Origin: Candidatus Latescibacterota bacterium
Lineage (GTDB): Bacteria > Latescibacterota > UBA2968
DNA length: 64,000 nucleotides
Assembly (NCBI GenBank): GCA_965207885.1
Contig: OZ242311.1
Coordinates: forward strand, 5,856,001-5,920,000
Direction: 5' to 3'
The position numbers were made by a program, and so were the translations under genes. The notes under the pieces were generated by a model, which had not been told where the DNA came from, searched no databases, and saw nothing but the letters and a program-made list of their open reading frames with translations. This document shows positions 1-9,402 of this stretch, in pieces. Numbering within the stretch: the stretch's first letter is position 1; every line of letters starts with the position of its first letter.

Positions 1-1169
1 CAAATCTCCATCACGGTCTGTGCTTCGATGCGATCCCTGTCGATTTTTCGCCCGAGTCCGGGTGTTTGCGGCACGTACATGTAGCCGTCTCGTACTTCTG
101 TCGTTTCTTCGATCAAGCCAGCAAATGCCGACGCGAGGGATCTGTCTGCGCCCGTGGGTGGCCAGGCCGAGACTTCCCACCAGTCGTCGTTTCGGACTGC
201 GGCTACGACGTGGGGATTTCCTCCGTGGCAGTTCAGTCCAAACATTTCCGCCAGGTTGGCCAATTTCATTTGTCCCGTGATGCCCAGTCCTGTTTGGCGC
301 ACGATGTCGATGGCGCCGATTGACAGGTACGGTGCAGCGAGATAGGGGTTGCCCTGGATGGATTCCAGTGCCATTACCGGAAGGTCGATTGCGTCTGAGA
401 GTCGCTTCAGGCCGTTGATGTCGAATTCCTGCAGGGGTTCTTCGATCCAGAGATAATTCAGTTCTTCGAGTCGGCGTCCGACTACGATCGCATCTTCGAC
501 GGAGTATTGTTGTACGGGATCGTGCATGAGTACCATGTCGTCGCCGACGAGGTCCCGGATGTCTTTGGCGAGCGCGAGGTTGGTTTCCACGCCGAGCATG
601 GAGTGGTCTTTGAAGCCTTTGTATCCTTCGTCAACAGCTCGTTGGGCGGATTTTAGCGTGTCTTCGTAGGGTATGCCGGTTTCGGTGAGGTAGGCGGGGA
701 CGCGATTCCGAAAGCCGCCGAGCAATTTGTGGACGGGTAATTGTGCGTGAAGACCCGCCAGGTCCCAGAGGAGGGAGTCGATGAGGGCGAGCGGTGTGGT
801 GGATGCCATGTGGAAATACCGCCGCGCCATCCACATTTTGTGCCACATATACTCCCGGTCCAGGGCGTCCGTGCCTGTGATTTCCGGTTCCCACTGTACT
901 TTGAATGTGCGCGCCGCCCATTCGAGGTCTTCCTGTGCCCAGCCTGTGGAAAAAATACCGCAGGTTTCCAGGTTTGCATCTGTGCGGATGCGAAGCAGGG
1001 TGAGGTAAGCCGGTCTTTTTGTGAGCTGAATCCCCTCGCCTTGAAAGAGCCGATGACCAAATCGCACTTTGTGCGCGCCGGGATATTCCCGCATGGTGCG
1101 CAATGGTCGCCATTCCGGGGTTACGGGTTCGCTTTTCAGGATCAGAAAGTCGATTGCTTCAATTTTCAT
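1..1169 (-). CDS. Mandelate racemase/muconate lactonizing enzyme (enolase superfamily), 3' end outside window
   Basis: Manual translation from ATG 1169 (GGAGG upstream): MKIEAIDF...LWDLAGLHAQLPVHKLLGG...GYKGFK...WIEEPL. Absent from the ORF track because it runs off the window edge. Confidence 0.85.
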   Translation of the reverse strand, partial: MKIEAIDFLILKSEPVTPEWRPLRTMREYPGAHKVRFGHRLFQGEGIQLTKRPAYLTLLRIRTDANLETCGIFSTGWAQEDLEWAARTFKVQWEPEITGTDALDREYMWHKMWMARRYFHMASTTPLALIDSLLWDLAGLHAQLPVHKLLGGFRNRVPAYLTETGIPYEDTLKSAQRAVDEGYKGFKDHSMLGVETNLALAKDIRDLVGDDMVLMHDPVQQYSVEDAIVVGRRLEELNYLWIEEPLQEFDINGLKRLSDAIDLPVMALESIQGNPYLAAPYLSIGAIDIVRQTGLGITGQMKLANLAEMFGLNCHGGNPHVVAAVRNDDWWEVSAWPPTGADRSLASAFAGLIEETTEVRDGYMYVPQTPGLGRKIDRDRIEAQTVMEI

Positions 1170-1181
1170 GGGGTTATCCTC

Positions 1182-1922
1182 CTATTTTCCTACTGAGCCG
1201 AAATATACGGCAAAATGTCCGACGCCGTCGAGTTTGAGTGCCCGATTTAATTCGTCGTCGTTGAATGCCGCACTGGTGCAGGCGCGGCAGTTTACAGCCA
1301 TGGCGCCCAGGTACAGGTTCTGTCCCACATGGCCGGCATCGAGGTGGATGTAGCGATATCCCCGGTCGCCGTAGCGCCAGGTCATTCGCGTGGCTACTGT
1401 TGTCCAGATGAATGTGGCGGCACTTGTCTGGATCAGTTCCGGTTGCAAGGTGGTGTTGGCAATTCTTTCGCCAATTTCGTCTGATTGGTCGATTATTCCC
1501 AGTTTGTGTCCCATAGATAGGTATCGATATAACCCGCGGCCCAGGCCTTCCACATTGTTCGCTACGATATAGGTTTCAAATGCGTGGCGCGCACCTGCCG
1601 ATGGTACGGTGCGAAATGTTTCGCCCTGTTCAAATTCTTTTACGCCCTGCGTTGCCCAGAGTAAGTAGGTTAGCTCATTCAGTGTGATGGGTTCATCGAA
1701 GAATACCCGCTCGCTTTTGCGCTCGTCTATGGCCTGGCGCAGGTCGATTTGCGTTGTTTCGATCTGCGCGGGTTCGGGCAGGTCTATTGTTTCGCCCCGG
1801 TAATGCAATTCGGGCATGGGCGGTGGTTCTCTGCGCGCCTGCCCGGTTGGGCCCAGGTTCTTAAACTGTGTGCGCCGCATAAATTCCGGTCCCGCTTGTG
1901 GTCGTCGTTTGCGTTTTGCCAT
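1182..1922 (-). CDS. SagB/ThcOx-family nitroreductase/dehydrogenase
   Basis: RKSER, LLWATQG, RTVPSAGARH, RYGDRGYRYIHLDAGHVGQNLYL motifs. Confidence 0.85.
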   Translation of the reverse strand: MAKRKRRPQAGPEFMRRTQFKNLGPTGQARREPPPMPELHYRGETIDLPEPAQIETTQIDLRQAIDERKSERVFFDEPITLNELTYLLWATQGVKEFEQGETFRTVPSAGARHAFETYIVANNVEGLGRGLYRYLSMGHKLGIIDQSDEIGERIANTTLQPELIQTSAATFIWTTVATRMTWRYGDRGYRYIHLDAGHVGQNLYLGAMAVNCRACTSAAFNDDELNRALKLDGVGHFAVYFGSVGK

Positions 1923-3512
1923 TTAATCTCCCTTCCCGTATGCGCCTATTGCTTTTAGGGCTTCTGTGCCCAGGCGATCTTCGAGTTGTTTTAAGTACAG
2001 ACTGCGCGGAACTACTTTTTGTCCGTGCGATTCCCAGTATCCATCTTTGCGTTTGTACCGTCCATCTCGTTTTTCGCCGATGCAGCCGATGGCGTAATTT
2101 TGCGATGTTGGGGGTTTTTGTAAGATAAAACTCTCTGCCTCGCAATTCCACAATACTTTTTGTGCGCCTGCCCAGCCGTGGCCGGTGCCCGAACTTTGCC
2201 GGTCCTGTACGTTGATGGCGTTGCCGTTTACGATTACGTTGTCAAATAGGGTGCAGACAGACCAGCGGTGATGGGGTCCGGTGTCGGAGTGCGCGATGTC
2301 CGCTACGCAATCCACGAATGCATTTGGTCCCGGTACGCGGGCGTGTAGTACATAATCGTGACGACCGCGTCGGGTATAACACCGTTGTACGAGGGATAAT
2401 TGTCCGTAGATGGGGAAGGAGTAGCGCCGCGATCCGGTGATTTTTGATACGGGGTCGAGGCACTGACTATCCTGTACGGTCATCCATTTTGCCTGGTTGC
2501 CAATGGTTACACACGCATAGCCAAAGTGGATCGAGGTGATGTCGCGCGCCCAGGCATTTTGTACATAGGAGAATACGACGAAGTTCCAGGCGTGGTCTTC
2601 GTCGATGTATTCGTTTTCTCGCCGAGGATCTTTTTTGCGGTTGTCAAATTCCGATACACCGCGCAAGTTTTCGATGCCGACCTGTTCAATGCGCCCGGGG
2701 TATTCGTATTTGTAAATCGATCCGCCGCCGTATTCGCGTTCTATCGCGTTGCCCATTGGTGCGTCGATTGTTATCTGGTTGCCTTTTATGGCTGTTATGG
2801 TGCGGTCAAAGAGGAAGTCGTAGGAGCCGGGTTTCCATTGCCGAACGCCGGGGTGTTTCATTTCTATGCGGTCCATGCCTATGGTTGCGATCCACTTTGC
2901 GGTGCTGGGGCGATGTACGATGATCGCGTCGCCTGGTGCGAAATTCGAAGCATCTTCTATAGAAAATATTTTTGCGCCTACGGGGACGTAGTTATCTACG
3001 ATTTTCTGTCGCGTGTTTTCTATTTCTCGCGGTCTGCGTCCCTGGCCTTTAAATTCGATCAATGTGCGCTTTCCTTTTCCCGTTGCGATCAATGCTGTGC
3101 CGTTTTCACCTTCGCCCTGACCGCGGAGTACGACGCCGCTTGTCCGAATGTGCAGGGTTCCACCAATGCGATATTTTCCGCGTTTGAGTAATAAGGTTCC
3201 GCGAAATCCATTGGCGTCCGGTGCGCGCGCAGATAGGTCGTCAATTGCCGCTTGCAATCGCGCTGTGTCGTCTCCTTCGGCCTGGGGGCGAACGGTCAAT
3301 ACGACGGGTATATCTGGCAGTGCCACACCGCCACCCATGTACCCGCAGTGCGAGAAGTCCGGGATTATATTGCCCTTTTCATCCGGTACATAGACCAGCC
3401 GTCCGTCAGGTCCCGGATATACCAATTTGCTGTGGTTTCCTTCTGCCCACGCGGTTGTGGCGCAGGAGATTAATACGCAGAGTACGACGATAAAGCTCAG
3501 TAGATCAATCAT
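1923..3512 (-). CDS. Secreted pectate-lyase-like beta-helix protein
   Basis: Signal peptide; IPDFSHCGYMGG, DDTARLQAAID, SGVVLRG, GPHHRW, GHGWAG. Confidence 0.65.
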   Translation of the reverse strand: MIDLLSFIVVLCVLISCATTAWAEGNHSKLVYPGPDGRLVYVPDEKGNIIPDFSHCGYMGGGVALPDIPVVLTVRPQAEGDDTARLQAAIDDLSARAPDANGFRGTLLLKRGKYRIGGTLHIRTSGVVLRGQGEGENGTALIATGKGKRTLIEFKGQGRRPREIENTRQKIVDNYVPVGAKIFSIEDASNFAPGDAIIVHRPSTAKWIATIGMDRIEMKHPGVRQWKPGSYDFLFDRTITAIKGNQITIDAPMGNAIEREYGGGSIYKYEYPGRIEQVGIENLRGVSEFDNRKKDPRRENEYIDEDHAWNFVVFSYVQNAWARDITSIHFGYACVTIGNQAKWMTVQDSQCLDPVSKITGSRRYSFPIYGQLSLVQRCYTRRGRHDYVLHARVPGPNAFVDCVADIAHSDTGPHHRWSVCTLFDNVIVNGNAINVQDRQSSGTGHGWAGAQKVLWNCEAESFILQKPPTSQNYAIGCIGEKRDGRYKRKDGYWESHGQKVVPRSLYLKQLEDRLGTEALKAIGAYGKGD

Positions 3513-3524
3513 GAGATCTCCTTT

Positions 3525-3980
3525 TTATGTTATATCTCCATATCGCGGCAGTGTGTCTATAAAGCGATATGCGTTGTTTTTTCGATCAATTGCGCAGCAA
3601 TAATGTTGCAGGCCATTCGTCACTATGAGATAGGTGGCCTGTACGACTGTATTGTATCGCCCAATCTGGTCAAAGACCTGTTGGGTGATTTTTATTTCGG
3701 GGGCTTTGCATTCTGCCATTAGAAGTGCTTTTCCTTTTGCGTCATATACGAGTACATCGGCGCGACACTGCATGCCCTGAAATACAAATCCGGTTTCGAT
3801 TGCGGTGCGTCCATGTGGGTAGCCCAGTCCTTCAATTAAATACCGGACAAAATTCTGGCGCACCCATTCTTCAGGGGTTAATACCACGTATTTTTGACGG
3901 AGAGGATCTAAGATCATTTCGCTTCCGTCGCGATTTGCAATATCAAATGTGGATGAGATTGGGAAGTTCAATTTTTGCAT
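3525..3980 (-). CDS. Stand-alone type I restriction HsdR N-terminal-domain protein
   Basis: LTPEEWVRQ, RAD, AECKAP, QIGRYN, VTNG; start taken at MQKLNFP. Confidence 0.8.
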   Translation of the reverse strand: MQKLNFPISSTFDIANRDGSEMILDPLRQKYVVLTPEEWVRQNFVRYLIEGLGYPHGRTAIETGFVFQGMQCRADVLVYDAKGKALLMAECKAPEIKITQQVFDQIGRYNTVVQATYLIVTNGLQHYCCAIDRKNNAYRFIDTLPRYGDIT

Positions 3981-3985
3981 GGTGT

Positions 3986-5257
3986 TTATTCTCTCAATGC
4001 CACGATGGGGGCGAGTGAGGCGGCTTTGCGGGCGGGCAAGAGGGCGAATGCGAAGCACAGGCCTACAGATGCGAGAGAGATACATACAAAATCAATGGCG
4101 AGCATTTTTACGGGCAATGCCTGGATGATGTAAATTTGACCGGGGAGTTTGATCCATTCAAAGGTTTGTTGCGACCAGCACAGGAGATAGCCAATTGCAT
4201 TGCCAAAGACGACGCCCGTCAGGCCAACGCCCAGGCCCTTGAGTGTGAAGATTTTGCCAATTGCACGCGGTGTTGCGCCCATTGCTTTTAATATGCCGAT
4301 GTCGCGCTGTCTGTCGCCTACTGTCATGGTCAAAATGCTGACGATATTGAATCCGGCTACCATTACGATGAGACACAGTACCAGGGAGCTAAACCATTTT
4401 TCCAGACGGATGGATGCATACAGATTGCGGTGTGTGTCCATCCAGGTTATGACGTCAAAATCCGTTCCTATGGGAAGGGTGGGTGCGATGTGATGTGCTT
4501 CAAATGGCTCGGCGAGCCGAATCTGGATGCCCGAGATCTGATCGCGCCACCCCAGGTCACGTTGTGCCGCTTCGAGCGATACAAAAGCGAGTGCGGAGTC
4601 GAGTTCATCCAGTCCGGTGTGAAAGATGGCTGTTACTTTGTAGGGCCATAATTGCGGTTGTTGTCCCATTAAGACTTCTTTGGGGACCAGTCCCAGCATG
4701 ATTTCGGTGCCGATTACTGCGCCGAGCCGGTCTGCGAGTACGCGTCCAATGGCCGTGCCATATATTTTGGCGCGTCTGGTAGCGCGCGCGTCCTGATCGG
4801 GGTCGGGTGGTTGAATGTTCAGGTCGAGGTCGCCTGCCCATAAATATGCATTCAGGTCTGTAATTTTTGCGAGTTGCGCGGCGTCTATTCCCCGCACGGC
4901 TACGCCAGCCTGGATCATTTCGCCGCCAGGGGGTCGCCGGAGCGCAAATCCTTCGGTCGATACAAAAGGTGCTGCTGCGCGTACAGAGGCCAATTTTTCT
5001 AATTGTTCGATTTGTTCTTCGTTGGGCGGCATGGGCTGTGCATGGGGTTTTTGTACGACGATATGCGGGCTTACGCTCAACAGGCTGTCCCACAATAATG
5101 CCGAAAAGCCGTTGAAAACGGACAGGACAATGACGAGGGCGGCAACGCCAATGGTTACGCCTGTAATAGCTATGGCTGCGGTAAACGATATCTGACGCTG
5201 CTGGCGCATGGCGCGCATGAGTCGCCGCGCGATGAAGTATTCATAGGTATTATTCAT
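3986..5257 (-). CDS. Lipoprotein-releasing ABC transporter permease (LolC/E family)
   Basis: IGVAALVIVLSVFNGF, DIGILKAMGA, PARKAASLAP. Confidence 0.85.
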   Translation of the reverse strand: MNNTYEYFIARRLMRAMRQQRQISFTAAIAITGVTIGVAALVIVLSVFNGFSALLWDSLLSVSPHIVVQKPHAQPMPPNEEQIEQLEKLASVRAAAPFVSTEGFALRRPPGGEMIQAGVAVRGIDAAQLAKITDLNAYLWAGDLDLNIQPPDPDQDARATRRAKIYGTAIGRVLADRLGAVIGTEIMLGLVPKEVLMGQQPQLWPYKVTAIFHTGLDELDSALAFVSLEAAQRDLGWRDQISGIQIRLAEPFEAHHIAPTLPIGTDFDVITWMDTHRNLYASIRLEKWFSSLVLCLIVMVAGFNIVSILTMTVGDRQRDIGILKAMGATPRAIGKIFTLKGLGVGLTGVVFGNAIGYLLCWSQQTFEWIKLPGQIYIIQALPVKMLAIDFVCISLASVGLCFAFALLPARKAASLAPIVALRE

Positions 5258-6479
5258 ATCTAATGGATTCTACGGGGTCCAGTGTTGCCGCTCGTTTTGC
5301 GGGCCAGCGAGCAAATACGAGGCATAGTAACAATGCCAGTGCAGAGGTCATCGCGAAGTCCCCTATGTTTATGGTTACGGGGAGGGCGTTGATGAAATAA
5401 ACATCGCCGGAAAGCGATATGGGCGCATAGACTTTTTGTATCCAGCACAGGCCCCCGCCCAGTATGTTGCCCAATAATACACCACTCGCTCCGATTATCA
5501 GGCCTTCACGGGAAAAAATTTGGGCGATGCTTTTGGGTGCTGCTCCCATTGCTTTTAAGATGCCAATTTCGCGTCTGCGCTCATTTACGGTCATGGTTAG
5601 TATGCTGATGATGTTGAATCCCGCGACGACCACGATCAAGCTCAAGACCACAAAACTCGCCCATTTTTGCAACTGGATCCACGCGTACAGATTGCCCTGG
5701 GCATACATCCACGATGTGGGGAACATATCGGAATACGTTGCCGCCAATGTCTCTCGCAATTCAACGCTGACGCGATCGGCTTCAAATGCATTGACGAGGC
5801 GTACTTGAATGCCCGTTGCCAGGTCGCCCCATTGCAGGTCCCGTTGTGCAGCCGAGAGGGATACGTAGATTAGTGAGGCGTCAAATTCGTAAAATCCCGT
5901 TTCAAAAATGCCGGTTATCACATATTGTCGAAGGGGGGGTATGTTGGTGAGGTCTTTAGGGGCGGCCAGCAGGCGAATTTTTGATCCCACGGAGGCACCC
6001 AATTTTTCGGCGAGTGTTTTGCCTATTGCGATTCCAAAGGTATTGCCTTCAATGTGGGTTAATTCCATTTTCCCTTCGGTTATGTGATGGGCGATGTCGC
6101 TGCTTTTCACAATGCCATCTACGCCCCGCACCAATACGCCCGATGTGACAGTGCCCACATCTTTGACCCTGCTCAGTACATAACCTTCTGTTTCTATGAC
6201 GGGATTGGCGCCGACTACTTCGGGATGTTTTTCGAGCAATTGGACGATGGGTGCGTAATTTTCTATGCGTTCGCTGTACGGGCGCCGCACGGTTATATGG
6301 GGATTGATGCCTACCTGGCGGTCAAAGATCATGTCTGCATAGCCATTCATTACCGATAGGGTGATGACGAGTGCCCCAACGCCCAGCCCGACACCGATGA
6401 TGGCAATGATTGTGGTTAATCCCATGCGACGACCAACGCTGAAGAGGTGTCGTCTGATTATGATCCATTCATAGCCCAT
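5250..6479 (-). CDS. Lipoprotein-releasing ABC transporter permease (LolC/E family)
   Basis: LSVMNG, EIGILKAMGA, PAKRAATLDP; tandem paralog. Confidence 0.85.
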   Translation of the reverse strand: MGYEWIIIRRHLFSVGRRMGLTTIIAIIGVGLGVGALVITLSVMNGYADMIFDRQVGINPHITVRRPYSERIENYAPIVQLLEKHPEVVGANPVIETEGYVLSRVKDVGTVTSGVLVRGVDGIVKSSDIAHHITEGKMELTHIEGNTFGIAIGKTLAEKLGASVGSKIRLLAAPKDLTNIPPLRQYVITGIFETGFYEFDASLIYVSLSAAQRDLQWGDLATGIQVRLVNAFEADRVSVELRETLAATYSDMFPTSWMYAQGNLYAWIQLQKWASFVVLSLIVVVAGFNIISILTMTVNERRREIGILKAMGAAPKSIAQIFSREGLIIGASGVLLGNILGGGLCWIQKVYAPISLSGDVYFINALPVTINIGDFAMTSALALLLCLVFARWPAKRAATLDPVESIRYE

Positions 6480-6502
6480 TGACGGCCTTTACAGGTGAGA
6501 TA

Positions 6503-6553
6503 CAAAAAATCCCGATTCGAAAACACATCGGTGTTTAGAATCAGGATGTTTTT
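6503..6553. terminator. Long imperfect hairpin / likely terminator
   Basis: aaaaatcccgattc...gaatcaggatgttttt with inner aaacac/gtgttt stem. Confidence 0.45.
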
Positions 6554-6579
6554 GCATTGTGATGCCCGGGTTGAGGCTT

Positions 6580-7329
6580 TTACAAATTGTTTTTTTCCAG
6601 CGAGATGAGCTTGTCTCTCAACCGAGCCGCTTGTTCATATCGCTCTTCGGCAATGGCTTTTTGGAGTTTTTGTGCCAGTTTTTGTTGCAAGGTGATTGGA
6701 CGATCGCGTTCTATTTCTTCGGCCCATTCCGAGAGGGCTTCGATTTCTTCGTCTGCTTCAATGCCGGAATTTGCCATACATGTTTGAATTTTGTCGATTC
6801 CGTTTTCAATGTGATTCAGGGCACCGGAATGATCGCCTTTTTGCAAACAGACTTCACCTCGCGCACGGGTGTGTATCATGAGTACGTAAGGCCGATAGTG
6901 TTCAAATATTTCCCGGTCTTGTTCATTTTTGGCATAAGCCCGCACGAGATCCAGTAGTGCCAGATTGTGGGCGGTGTCGCGCGCGACTGCTTCAAAATCG
7001 CCCAATCGCATCAGACAGACATAGCGGTGATAAAATAACAATCCCTCTTGACTCAATTCGAGGCACGCCTCTCTGTCGAGATAAAAGTTTTCATCTGTGC
7101 CAGATTGCGCTTGTTCGGCTTCGAGCTGGTCTAAATAGTATTCGAGCAATGAAAAATGGCCGTGCGGACGCGTTCCGTCGGGCCGATCATTTAACTCCAT
7201 TTGCATTACGCCCAGATCCAGGCGTACTTGCAATTTTTTCCGTCCGTCCAGGCCCTGAATTTTGCGTACACAAATATCAGTGGGGTCATAATCCCAGTTC
7301 GACAAAAATGGGTTGAGGTCGCGTCTCAT
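6580..7329 (-). CDS. UvrB/UvrC-motif-containing protein
   Basis: QVRLDLGVMQME..RPDG..PHG; C-terminal LQKAIAEERYEQAARLRD. Confidence 0.75.
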   Translation of the reverse strand: MRRDLNPFLSNWDYDPTDICVRKIQGLDGRKKLQVRLDLGVMQMELNDRPDGTRPHGHFSLLEYYLDQLEAEQAQSGTDENFYLDREACLELSQEGLLFYHRYVCLMRLGDFEAVARDTAHNLALLDLVRAYAKNEQDREIFEHYRPYVLMIHTRARGEVCLQKGDHSGALNHIENGIDKIQTCMANSGIEADEEIEALSEWAEEIERDRPITLQQKLAQKLQKAIAEERYEQAARLRDKLISLEKNNL

Positions 7330-7486
7330 TATTTTTCCTTTTTTTAGTCAGTCTGTAAATGTCGGGGAAATATGGAGAAAACCCCGTTAAATGTCAACCC
7401 GTTTGCAAAGGCTGCGGCGCTTGACAAGTACATCTGGCGGGCGTTATTTTGGGGCGTCCATTACAGTGAGAAGGCTCTGAGTAGCT

Positions 7487-8452
7487 ATGTCTAAATCTGA
7501 TAATGAAGGTACTGTTATCCGCCATCACCTCGGCAATTATGTCGTCCAGACCGCCGATCGCGTGGTGATGTGCGCGCTTTCGACTCGTTTGCGGAAACAG
7601 CTCGAATATCCCGAAGCTGCGCCGGGTTCGCGCCGCCGCCGCGTGCAGTCGGTCAGGCGGGTGCGCGTGATTGATCCGGTTGCGGTTGGGGATCGCGTGA
7701 TTTTTTCTGAGGGTGCCGATAATAGGGGTATGATTCGCGAGGTGTGTCCCCGCAGTAATAAGGTTTCTCGGCGCGCGTCTGGCGGATCTTATAGAGAGCA
7801 GCTTTTAGCTGCCAATATCGATCAGGTTGTTCCCATTGTGTCTGCGGGTGAGCCAGATCCGGATTGGATTTTGCTGGATCGCATGTTGGGTATTGCAGAG
7901 TGGCAGCAAATACCGGTGTCACTGTGTCTCAATAAGCTCGATCTCGCCGATGAGGCCTGGGCAGATCGGGTTATGCGTCCGTACAGGGCAATGGGATATC
8001 CCGTGGTTTATACCAGTATTATTTCCGATGCGGGTAGAGAGGTGTTTTTCGATCTTCTGCGCGGGAAGATTACCCTTTTTATGGGGGCTTCCGGCGTTGG
8101 AAAGTCGAGTTTGCTCAATTGGTTGCAACCGGGATTGCAATTGCGTACAGGACCTGTTAGCAAGGCTACGGGCGAGGGCATACATACGACGACCCATACG
8201 GAATTGGTCGCGCTTGATGGGGGAGGGTTTGTCGGCGATATGCCCGGTGTTCGAGAGTTTTATCTGTACGATATAAGTCCCGAAGATGTTCCCGTTCTTT
8301 TTAGAGATTTTCACCCGTTTCTCGGCGGTTGTCGGTTTCGGGATTGCTCGCATGTCCACGAACCCGATTGTGCGGTGAGGGCGGCTGTGGATGATGGGGA
8401 GATCGCGCTTCAACGCTACGAGAGTTATCTGAGGCTGCGAGAGAGGCCGTAG
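7487..8452 (+). CDS. rsgA: Ribosome small subunit-dependent GTPase A
   Basis: NKLD, GASGVGKSS, HTTT, DMPG, CRFRDCSHVHEPDC. Confidence 0.95.
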   Translation: MSKSDNEGTVIRHHLGNYVVQTADRVVMCALSTRLRKQLEYPEAAPGSRRRRVQSVRRVRVIDPVAVGDRVIFSEGADNRGMIREVCPRSNKVSRRASGGSYREQLLAANIDQVVPIVSAGEPDPDWILLDRMLGIAEWQQIPVSLCLNKLDLADEAWADRVMRPYRAMGYPVVYTSIISDAGREVFFDLLRGKITLFMGASGVGKSSLLNWLQPGLQLRTGPVSKATGEGIHTTTHTELVALDGGGFVGDMPGVREFYLYDISPEDVPVLFRDFHPFLGGCRFRDCSHVHEPDCAVRAAVDDGEIALQRYESYLRLRERP

Positions 8453-8456
8453 GTAT

Positions 8457-9398
8457 TTAAAAAATCCGCGTTAGAAATAGAGATAAAAATGCTTCGGCAT
8501 TGACGTGCATCGCGCAGTTGACGGGTTCTCCAAGACGATAGGGCGGAGGCAGGCCGCGGCGGTCTGTGACGACCTGGCCCATGGTGAGGTCGCCCGATGT
8601 TTCTATGTCGATGTACAGGGTTTCTGAGCGGAGGAGTTCGGGTGCGATGGCCGCGCCTACGGCGAGTGGGTCGTGCAGGTACACGATTGGCTCGCGTTCG
8701 AGTTGTCGATAGAGTGCGAATACGTTTTGTACGGCATCGACGACGAATTGAGATGCGACTGTTTTCAGAGATGCGATCTGGTTTTCGATATCTGTTTCGG
8801 ATAATACGACCTGACGCGTTGCGTCTAATGGTACGATCAGAAGTGCCGCGTCCGAATGGACGACTATCTGGGCAGCGTGAGGGTCGGCGTAAAAGTTGAA
8901 TTCTGCGACGGGTGTTGAGTTGCCCGTTTCTGCAATGGCGCCGCCCATTACGATGACCTGTTTGGCTTTTTGAAGCGTTCCCGGCTGGCGCTGTTCTGCC
9001 AGTGCCAGATTTGTCAGGGGTCCGACGGCTATTATTGTGATTTCGCCCGGTTGGTCGGATAGGGTTTGCACGAGGAAATCAACCGCATTGCCACGCACGT
9101 CCAGGGCGGGTTCTGGCAATACGGCTTGTCCCATGCCGCTTTCGCCATGGACTTCGGTTGCAAATACGGGGTCGCGTTTTAAGGGCTGGTCCGCGCCTGC
9201 GAAGACGGGTATTTCTGTGCGGTCCAATAGTTGCAATAATCCCTGTGCGTTGCGCGTGCCGGTGTTGAGAGGGACGTTGCCGCTTACTGTGCAGATGCCT
9301 ATTACATCGAGTTCCGGAGATCCCAATGCCAGCATGATGGCCAGCGCGTCATCCACGCCGGGGTCGGTGTCTAAGATGATGGGTTGTTTTGTCGCCAT
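8457..9398 (-). CDS. Inosine/uridine-preferring nucleoside hydrolase
   Basis: DTDPGVDDA, VHGESG, GPLTNLA, AEFNFYADP, HDP. Confidence 0.93.
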   Translation of the reverse strand: MATKQPIILDTDPGVDDALAIMLALGSPELDVIGICTVSGNVPLNTGTRNAQGLLQLLDRTEIPVFAGADQPLKRDPVFATEVHGESGMGQAVLPEPALDVRGNAVDFLVQTLSDQPGEITIIAVGPLTNLALAEQRQPGTLQKAKQVIVMGGAIAETGNSTPVAEFNFYADPHAAQIVVHSDAALLIVPLDATRQVVLSETDIENQIASLKTVASQFVVDAVQNVFALYRQLEREPIVYLHDPLAVGAAIAPELLRSETLYIDIETSGDLTMGQVVTDRRGLPPPYRLGEPVNCAMHVNAEAFLSLFLTRIF

Positions 9399-9402
9399 AT
9401 CA

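Noticed and set aside
1182-1922. RiPP (TOMM) biosynthetic cluster around the SagB-like gene
   Set aside because: No YcaO, precursor peptide or dedicated transporter nearby.
3525-3980. Type I restriction-modification system
   Set aside because: Only a stand-alone HsdR_N-like domain; no hsdM, hsdS or helicase.
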